NCBI GenBank assembly: GCA_018378775.1
Contig: JAGZWV010000003.1
Span: 26,898 to 90,897, forward strand
Source of the DNA: Collinsella sp.
GTDB lineage: Bacteria; Actinomycetota; Coriobacteriia; Coriobacteriales; Coriobacteriaceae
DNA: 64,000 nt
Direction: 5' to 3'
Positions 57,590-64,000 of the stretch are shown here, one piece after another. The notes beneath the pieces are model-generated. The model was not told where the DNA came from. It saw only the letters and a list, made by a program, of their open reading frames with translations, and did not search any database. Numbering within the stretch: position 1 is the first letter of the stretch; the number at the start of each line of letters is the position of its first letter. The position numbers and the translations under genes were made by a program.

Positions 57590-59110
57590 GTGGCCCAAGA
57601 GACGTTTAGCGATCGCCTGCGACAGGCTATGTCCGATCGCGACGTTCGACAGTCGGACGTGATTCGTGCATCGGAGATGCTCGGCAAAAAACTCGGCAAG
57701 AGTCAGATGAGCCAATATGTGAGCGGCAAGACGATCCCGCGGCGCGATGTGGCAGAGCTGCTCGCCCGTATTTTGGAGGTCGATGTTACCTGGCTGCTCG
57801 CCGGTGACGCCGATCAAGGCGAGACATCATCGCCCCGCAACGATTCCAAGCCCGAACACCATCCCTCAGCTCAAATTGCAAGGAGCACCACCATGCGTAC
57901 TTTTTCTAAATCCACCAAGCTCGATAACGTCCTGTATGACGTGCGCGGTCCCGTCGTCGACGAGGCCGCCCGTATGGAGGACGAGGGCGAGCGCATCCTC
58001 AAGCTCAATATCGGCAACCCGGCGCCCTTCGGTTTCCGCACGCCCGATGAGGTCATCAAGGACATGCGCCAGCAGCTGCCCGACTGCGAAGGCTATTCCA
58101 ACTCGCGTGGCCTGTTCTCCGCGCGCAAGGCGATCATGCAGTATTCGCAGATCAAGGGCTTGCCCAACGTTCAGATGGAGCATATCTACACAGGCAACGG
58201 CGTATCCGAGCTCATTCAGCTTTCGATGAACGCGCTGCTCGACAACGGCGACGAGATTCTGATCCCCAGCCCCGACTATCCGCTCTGGACGGCGTGCGCA
58301 ACCCTTGCCGGCGGTCATCCCGTGCACTATCTGTGCGATGAGCAGGCGGATTGGTATCCCGACCTGGAGGATATGGAGTCCAAGATCACGAGCGCGACCA
58401 AAGCCCTCGTCATCATCAACCCCAACAACCCCACGGGTTCCGTCTATCCGCGCGAGGTGCTCGAGGGCATCGTCGAGGTTGCACGCAGGCATCAGCTGAT
58501 GATCTTTGCCGATGAGATCTACGACCGCCTGTGCATGGACGGTTACGAGCACGTCTCGATTGCCTCGCTCGCTCCTGATCTGCCCTGCGTCACCTTTAGC
58601 GGCCTTTCCAAGTCGCACATGATCGCGGGCTATCGTATTGGCTGGATGGTGCTTTCGGGCAACCAGCGCTGCATGAGCGACTTCATCATGGGCATTAACA
58701 TGCTCTCCAACATGCGCCTGTGCTCCAACGTGCCGGCTCAGTCGATCGTTCAGACGGCACTCGGTGGTCATCAGTCCGTTAACGACTACATCCGTCCCGG
58801 CGGCCGCGTCTACGAGCAGCGCAACTTTGTGTATGAGGCGCTCAACAAGATTGACGGCATCTCGGTGGTTAAGCCGCGCGCGGCGTTCTACATCTTCCCC
58901 AAGATGGATGTGAAGAAGTTCAACATCACCGATGACGAGCAGTTCGCCCTTGACCTGCTGCACGAGAAGAAGATCCTGATCACGCGCGGCGGCGGCTTTA
59001 ACTGGGCTGAGCCCGACCACTTCCGTATCGTGTACCTGCCGCGCATGGAAGTGCTCAAAGAGTCCCTCGAAGACCTCGCCGACTTCTTTGACCATTACCG
59101 CCAGGCGTAA
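57590..59110 (+). CDS. XRE-type HTH domain fused in frame to AlaA-like alanine aminotransferase (class I/II PLP aminotransferase); aminotransferase part also has its own SD+ATG at 57893
   Basis: GTG 57590 with SD aaggagg; HTH LRQAMSDRDVRQSDVIRASEMLGKKLGKSQMSQYVSGKTIPRRDVAELLARIL; low-complexity linker; then aaggag-N7-ATG MRTFSKSTKLDNVLYDVRGPVV...NIGNPAPFGF...SGLSKSHMIAGYRIGW (PLP Lys), 405 aa = AlaA length. No stop between the two parts. Confidence 0.6.
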   Translation: MAQETFSDRLRQAMSDRDVRQSDVIRASEMLGKKLGKSQMSQYVSGKTIPRRDVAELLARILEVDVTWLLAGDADQGETSSPRNDSKPEHHPSAQIARSTTMRTFSKSTKLDNVLYDVRGPVVDEAARMEDEGERILKLNIGNPAPFGFRTPDEVIKDMRQQLPDCEGYSNSRGLFSARKAIMQYSQIKGLPNVQMEHIYTGNGVSELIQLSMNALLDNGDEILIPSPDYPLWTACATLAGGHPVHYLCDEQADWYPDLEDMESKITSATKALVIINPNNPTGSVYPREVLEGIVEVARRHQLMIFADEIYDRLCMDGYEHVSIASLAPDLPCVTFSGLSKSHMIAGYRIGWMVLSGNQRCMSDFIMGINMLSNMRLCSNVPAQSIVQTALGGHQSVNDYIRPGGRVYEQRNFVYEALNKIDGISVVKPRAAFYIFPKMDVKKFNITDDEQFALDLLHEKKILITRGGGFNWAEPDHFRIVYLPRMEVLKESLEDLADFFDHYRQA

Positions 59111-59131
59111 CGGCAAAGGTAGCCTGTAATG

Positions 59132-59169
59132 AAACGGTCGGCCCGCAACGGATGCGGGCCGACCGTTTT
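59132..59169 (+). terminator. rho-independent terminator
   Basis: AAACGGTCGGCCCGCAACGGATGCGGGCCGACCGTTTT after the aminotransferase stop. Confidence 0.8.
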
Positions 59170-59336
59170 CTGTCTAAGCCCGTGCTGTTAGCGCTTGTCT
59201 CGTTGAGCGGGCGAGGTTCGCGCGTGAGCGGCTAGTTCTATTCCAAAATGGAATACAATGGGCTTAAGCTGGAATTGATGTCCGGGTACCTGCTTTTCTA
59301 GAATGTTTTCAACAAGATGAAAGGCGGTTCCAACCA

Positions 59337-60371
59337 ATGATTATCGATGCAAATTCCTACTGGTTCGACGAGCGCATCTTTCATGACGAGACGCTCTGCG
59401 AACAGTTTTTGGCCGAGGTACCCCGCGCCTATGACACCGAAGGCTATCTGACCATGAATTCCGCCGGCAAACGACAGATCGTGATCGAGATGCCCGCCGG
59501 TTCTCCGGGTCTTAACTACATTGAGGGCGACTACACCCTCGAGAAGCGCTTGGCCGATATGGATGAGGCGGGGGTCGACAAGGCGATCCTCAAGCTCCCC
59601 GGCTGTCACGAGTGGATGTCGCTCGAGATGTGCCGGCGTTTCAACGACGGTATGGCTGCTGACGCGAAGGCGTCAAGTGGCCGTCTGATTCCGCTTGTCG
59701 CTGTGCCGCCCTTTGGCACCAAAGCGAATTTGGAGGAGCTCGACCGCAGGCTCGACGATGGTTTTGCGGGTGTGCAGCTCTGTGCTCACTACGGCAAGCG
59801 CTATCTCGACGACCAGGTCTTCTCGAGCTTTTTCGAGCACCTGAACGAACGCCATGTCACCGTTTACGTGCACCATGTTCCCGTGCCGGTCGAGAACGAG
59901 TCGCTTCTCGCGTACGACAACCTTCGCCGCTCTTATGGCCGCTGCGTCGACCAAACTACGGCGATCGGCCGAGAGATCTTTGGTGATTTCTTTGAGCGCT
60001 ACCCCAATATCAAGATGGTCCACTCCATGCTCGGCGGCGCATACTTTGCGTTCAAGGAGATGCTGCTGCCTCATGGCCCCAAGCGCCCTGATGCTTCTGG
60101 CCGTTTTCAGGTCGATACCGAGACCGTTTCCAGGCACCTCGAGAACAACATCTATTTCGACATGTCCCATGCTCAGCCTTGGGGCAAGACACTCCTCGCC
60201 TGTGCGGTTGACGTGCTGGGTGCAGACCATATTGTTTTTGGCACGAGCTATCCCGTTAAACGCGAGTGGCTCACCGAGGGTGTCGCCTGCGTTCGCGCTG
60301 CAAATCTGAGCGATACAGACAGCGACCTTGTGCTTGGCGGTACAGCGCAGCAACTGTACGGTGTCGAGTGA
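59337..60371 (+). CDS. amidohydrolase-2 family metal-dependent hydrolase (ACMSD-like TIM barrel)
   Basis: MIIDANSYWFDE...HHVPVPV...HSMLGGAYFA...DHIVFGTSYP: metal-binding His/Asp pattern of PF04909-type amidohydrolases. Confidence 0.65.
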   Translation: MIIDANSYWFDERIFHDETLCEQFLAEVPRAYDTEGYLTMNSAGKRQIVIEMPAGSPGLNYIEGDYTLEKRLADMDEAGVDKAILKLPGCHEWMSLEMCRRFNDGMAADAKASSGRLIPLVAVPPFGTKANLEELDRRLDDGFAGVQLCAHYGKRYLDDQVFSSFFEHLNERHVTVYVHHVPVPVENESLLAYDNLRRSYGRCVDQTTAIGREIFGDFFERYPNIKMVHSMLGGAYFAFKEMLLPHGPKRPDASGRFQVDTETVSRHLENNIYFDMSHAQPWGKTLLACAVDVLGADHIVFGTSYPVKREWLTEGVACVRAANLSDTDSDLVLGGTAQQLYGVE

Positions 60372-60397
60372 GCGGCAATCAGAGGGGAGTATCTGCC

Positions 60398-61645
60398 ATG
60401 GACGAAGGAGAGATGAGGGCTGGGGCCGCTCGTGTGGCCATCGATCTTGGGGACGTGTTGCCGTTCGACGGTTTCGACGAACTCCGTCATGAGGTCTTCG
60501 CCCGTGCCCTTATCATCGAGGGAACGGGGCGACGCGCCTGCGTCCTTTCGCTTGAGGTCACCTCGATCGCTCCGGCTCTACTCGCCGATCTGCGTGAGAT
60601 TGTTGAGGATGCCGCCAATTGCAGCGGTGCTTATTCTTGGGTGGTTCCTACCCACACGTTTTCCATGCCTCACGTCCGCACTCCCGGGCATCTTGCCGAC
60701 GATGCTACCCGCAATCGCAACGAGCGCTATCGCGCAGCACTCGTCGCTGCCGCCCGCACGGCTGTCGAGCGCGCTGTTGCGGGCATTCGCTCCGTCACTC
60801 TCGCCACTGTGGAGGGCGAATGCCCCGTGAACGTTAATCGCGACATCGAGACGCCTGCCGGCTGGTGGTTGGGCTCGAATCCCAGGGGGTTTGCCGACCA
60901 CACGATGCCCGTACTCGCCATAAGGGATGCCGGGGGCGAGTATGTTGCCGTGCTCGCGACGGCGGACGTTCAGTCCTCCGTGCTCGACGGGTCGCGCGAC
61001 TCCGAGGGGAGGCGCATGGCGAGCGGAGACCTCTTTGGTTTTGCCGCCATGTCACTCGAGCGCGAGCTGGGCGGCGTTGCCCTGTTGCTGCCAGGCGCCG
61101 CGGGCGACCAAAGTCCGGCGGAGCGCGCCATGAACGTCATGTTCGATGCGGCCGGCGTTAAGCAGACGGTCGATGCCCATGAGGACGGATACCGCATGTT
61201 GCACCAGCAGGGGCAGGCCTTGGGCGATGCTTTAATCGAGACCGCTCGCATGGCGCGTGAGGATGACGCTACCGGCATCGATGCCCGCACGGTCGACGTT
61301 CTCCTGCCCGCTCAGACACGCGCCGATTTTCACTCTTTGGCTCCGCACCGAACGTATGAGTTTCATGCCGCTGGCGAGCAGCGCACGAGGGTCTATCTGC
61401 TCCGGCTGGGAAACGTCGAGCTTGTCGGCGTACAACCCGAGGTCTCGAGTGCATTCGGCGCCACTGTGCGCGCCGCTCGGTCCGGCTCTGTGTTCTTTGC
61501 CACGCTCGTCAACGGCGGACAGAAGTACCTACCGGCTCCCGACGCGTACGAAAAGATCACCTATGAGGCCATGAACTCCGGTTTTGCCGCCGGATCCCAT
61601 GAGCGCCTCGTCGAAATTATCATTGCCGCCTTGAATGCGGCGTGA
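60398..61645 (+). CDS. neutral/alkaline ceramidase-like (Ceramidase_alk N-domain-like) hydrolase, paralog 1
   Basis: VVPTHTFSMPH resembles the THTHSGP zinc-site block; overall weak similarity; 415 aa. Confidence 0.3.
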   Translation: MDEGEMRAGAARVAIDLGDVLPFDGFDELRHEVFARALIIEGTGRRACVLSLEVTSIAPALLADLREIVEDAANCSGAYSWVVPTHTFSMPHVRTPGHLADDATRNRNERYRAALVAAARTAVERAVAGIRSVTLATVEGECPVNVNRDIETPAGWWLGSNPRGFADHTMPVLAIRDAGGEYVAVLATADVQSSVLDGSRDSEGRRMASGDLFGFAAMSLERELGGVALLLPGAAGDQSPAERAMNVMFDAAGVKQTVDAHEDGYRMLHQQGQALGDALIETARMAREDDATGIDARTVDVLLPAQTRADFHSLAPHRTYEFHAAGEQRTRVYLLRLGNVELVGVQPEVSSAFGATVRAARSGSVFFATLVNGGQKYLPAPDAYEKITYEAMNSGFAAGSHERLVEIIIAALNAA

Positions 61646-61663
61646 CACAGAAGGAGAACGTGC

Positions 61664-62782
61664 ATGAACATTGGACACGCGCGCCGCAAAATCACCCCAC
61701 AGGGCGACATCTACCTGATTGGCTACCGCAATCTTCCCAACCGTCTTGAACCTGCGACGGGCGTCCATGACGACGTCTTCGCCAACGCCATTCTCTTCCA
61801 GCAAGGCGAACGTGAAGTGTTTCTCTTTAATGCCGATGTCCTCGAGTTCGAGGAAAGCATGGCCGAGGAAGTCAAGACAATGCTCGCCGAGCGCTACGGC
61901 ATTGACCGTGATTGCGTCCTGCTCTCGGCGACGCACGACCATACTTCAATCGTCGCTTACCACCGCAGCTGGTGGACGGGAAAATTCGACGAGAACTACT
62001 ACCGCTGGTTCCTCGATACCATTTGCCAATGCTTTGAGGAGTGCCGCGCCAACGCACAGCCCGCGATTTGTCGCTTGGGCAAGCGGGTCATCACCGGTTT
62101 CTACGACAACCGCATCATCCCAGGTGAACTCGCCGACAATGAGGTCATTGTCGTATCGTTCTTCGATACCGAAGGCAAGCCATTTGCGGGCTTTGTGAAC
62201 TGGGCGGTGCATTCCGCTTGCGTCGGACCCGACTGCACGGAGCTCACGAGCGAACTCGCCGGTCTCACCGGCAAAAAGCTCGCTCAGAGTCTTGGTTACT
62301 ATCCGGCCATGGTCGTCGGTGCTGCTGGCGACTGTAGCGACCGCAATTTTCGCCAGGGACGCGGCATTCCCGAGATCGAGCGCGTTTCGACCGGTCTTGC
62401 CGAGGCGATTTCCCAGATCAAGCTCGATCGCGAGGTCGTTCTCGACCGCATCGAGCCTCAGACGTTCTATCACACCGTTGCCCATGACGACTTTTCGCTC
62501 ACGCTTAAGTGTGCCGTCATCAGTTTGGGCGGCCTGCATCTCTTTGTGTTCCCGAGTGAGCTCGGCAGCGACTTGGGTATTCGCATGAAGCGCGAATGCC
62601 CGGTCGAGGGAATAGTTTGCGGTTACACCAACGGCTATTTCGAGTATTTTCTTCCGGCACGCGAGTACGGCCTCTCCTTTGAGACCGAGCGTACTCAGAT
62701 TCCCCAGGGCGAACCGGAACGTCTGTGTGACAAGTTCTGCCAGACGACGAGACTTCTCGGCGCAGCAGATTCGCGTTTGTAG
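61664..62782 (+). CDS. neutral/alkaline ceramidase-like hydrolase, paralog 2
   Basis: KITPQGDIYLIGYRNLPNRLEPATGVHDDVFANAILF...VLLSATHDHTSIV parallels ceramidase N-terminal blocks (GY...G.H..L.A.A / SxTHTHS). Confidence 0.35.
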   Translation: MNIGHARRKITPQGDIYLIGYRNLPNRLEPATGVHDDVFANAILFQQGEREVFLFNADVLEFEESMAEEVKTMLAERYGIDRDCVLLSATHDHTSIVAYHRSWWTGKFDENYYRWFLDTICQCFEECRANAQPAICRLGKRVITGFYDNRIIPGELADNEVIVVSFFDTEGKPFAGFVNWAVHSACVGPDCTELTSELAGLTGKKLAQSLGYYPAMVVGAAGDCSDRNFRQGRGIPEIERVSTGLAEAISQIKLDREVVLDRIEPQTFYHTVAHDDFSLTLKCAVISLGGLHLFVFPSELGSDLGIRMKRECPVEGIVCGYTNGYFEYFLPAREYGLSFETERTQIPQGEPERLCDKFCQTTRLLGAADSRL

Positions 62783-62975
62783 ACCTGATTGCGTGACATG
62801 GGCCAATGAGGCTCGCCGCCATGTGATCGGCATCTTCCATCTTCTCTGCCGTTTCGCATCCCGGGCGTACGTGCGTCCGCGGATTTCAAAGGGGGAAGCG
62901 GGTTCCTTGCCCTCCCACGTCGACTACGGAGGCATGAAATCGATGCTATACCCCGCTCAGAAAAAGGAGAATTCC

Positions 62976-64000
62976 ATGAAATACCAGAAGCTTTGCGATG
63001 AAATCATCACAAAGGTCGGTGGTCGAGACAATGTGTTAGACGTGAGCCACTGCATTACGCGTCTCCGCTTCCACCTCAAGGATGAATCGCTCGCCCAGAC
63101 CAATGAGCTTAAGGCGACGAAGGGCGTCGTTGACGTCATCCAGGCCGGCGGACAGTATCAGGTCGTGATTGGTGCCACTGTCGAGGCCGTCTACAACGAC
63201 CTTGTTCAGATTGGCGGGTTCGACTCCAAACCCGCACTCGATATCGATGAAGGCGACGACGTCAAAAAGGGCGATCCATTCTCGCGTCTGCTGGCCATCA
63301 TCTCCGAGATTCTGCAACCGGTTCTTGGCGTGCTTATGGCCGGTGGCTTTATCAAGTCGATGCTCGCGCTCTGCACGGTTGCCGGTTGGCTTGCCAAGGA
63401 CAGCAATACGTATGTGACGCTCTCGGCAATCGGAGATTCGGTCTTCTATTACTTTCCGCTAATCATTGGCTGGACGTCGGCCAAGAAGTTCGGACTTAAG
63501 CCCGTTATGGGAATGGCGCTCGGCGGTATCCTCGTCTATCCGACGCTCGTTGCCCTTATGGGCGGAGATCCGCTCTACACGCTCGGCGCCGGTACGGTCT
63601 TCGAGTCCAATGTCTACGGTGATATTTTTGGCATCCCGCTGATCATGCAGAATTACTCATCGACGATTCTGCCTGCGATCTTTATCGTCTGGATTGCCTC
63701 CAAGGTGCACAAGGCCCTTTCTAACGCGCTGCCCGCGCTTGTGAGCTCGTTCTTCTCCAACATCCTGACGCTCCTCATTTGCGGCATCCTTGGCCTGCTT
63801 GTGGTCGGTCCGGTCATGACGGTCCTCTCCAACATCGTTGCCCAGATCATTCTGATGCTCATCAACTTCCAACCCGCCATCGCCGGCTTCGTCATCGGCA
63901 CGTTCTGGAGCCTGCTCGTCATGTTCGGCCTGCACTGGGGCATCATCCCGCTGTGGTTCCTCGATGTCGCAACCTACGGCTATGACCTCATTAACCCGCT
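62976..64000 (+). CDS. PTS beta-glucoside/glucose-family EIIB-EIIC component, C-terminus outside the window
   Basis: SD aaaaaggag; EIIB Cys site VSHCITRLRF; followed by EIIC helices (GFIKSMLAL..., GIPLIMQNY). No stop before window end. Confidence 0.8.
   Translation, partial: MKYQKLCDEIITKVGGRDNVLDVSHCITRLRFHLKDESLAQTNELKATKGVVDVIQAGGQYQVVIGATVEAVYNDLVQIGGFDSKPALDIDEGDDVKKGDPFSRLLAIISEILQPVLGVLMAGGFIKSMLALCTVAGWLAKDSNTYVTLSAIGDSVFYYFPLIIGWTSAKKFGLKPVMGMALGGILVYPTLVALMGGDPLYTLGAGTVFESNVYGDIFGIPLIMQNYSSTILPAIFIVWIASKVHKALSNALPALVSSFFSNILTLLICGILGLLVVGPVMTVLSNIVAQIILMLINFQPAIAGFVIGTFWSLLVMFGLHWGIIPLWFLDVATYGYDLINP

Noticed and set aside
62783-62975. BglG-type RAT antiterminator target upstream of the PTS EIIBC gene
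   Set aside because: Only a weak imperfect inverted repeat (GATTGCGTGACATGG / CCATGTGATCGGCATC); no bglG-like antiterminator gene nearby; does not match the RAT consensus well.

Overview
This window is a high-GC (roughly 60-65%) bacterial chromosomal segment with dense, largely non-overlapping genes on both strands. Its gene content (bile-salt hydrolase, Kup, several EamA/LysR pairs, GGDEF/EAL proteins, hybrid sensor kinases with fused periplasmic-binding domains) is consistent with a gut Actinomycetota, possibly Coriobacteriia-like; that assignment is inference only. About 60 protein-coding genes are supportable, almost all housekeeping or accessory metabolism, transport and regulation.

I found no transposase, integrase, cas genes or rRNA/tRNA genes.

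Beyond the CDSs the window holds several things worth a second look:
- 15976-16273: an AT-rich array of eight copies of a ~20-bp motif (TCTCNATCTGTAACA...) in strictly alternating orientation, forming four ~80-bp palindromic units. It is not a CRISPR array.
- 9901-10010 and 23866-23945: a ~60-85-bp palindromic cis-element (20-bp unit TAGTCATYGGGGACGTTCTT followed by a GGCGTG-GACAAT box) present at two unrelated divergent promoters.
- 24796-44399: a family of gene-end hairpins sharing an AAAGGGACAG core.
- 13578-13753: a ~180-bp element with ~57-bp imperfect terminal inverted repeats (MITE-like).
- 44137-44275: a clear TPP riboswitch in front of thiM-ykoF-thiE.
- 18131-18180: a candidate preQ1-I-like riboswitch in front of the queuosine-precursor transporter yhhQ.
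- 57590-59110: an XRE-type HTH domain fused in frame to an AlaA-like aminotransferase, with its own internal SD+ATG and three AATTGAACTT direct repeats upstream.
- 27679-33400: a putative target-protection cluster, a Tet(M)-like ribosomal protection GTPase followed by an AAA+ ATPase and a class-II UvrA paralog.
- 25550-25693: an unannotated 47-aa membrane-peptide ORF with a perfect SD.
- 51358-51789: a peptide-deformylase paralog with the catalytic Glu replaced by Met.

Several very long ORFs in the six-frame track are antisense artefacts of the high GC content and were rejected.
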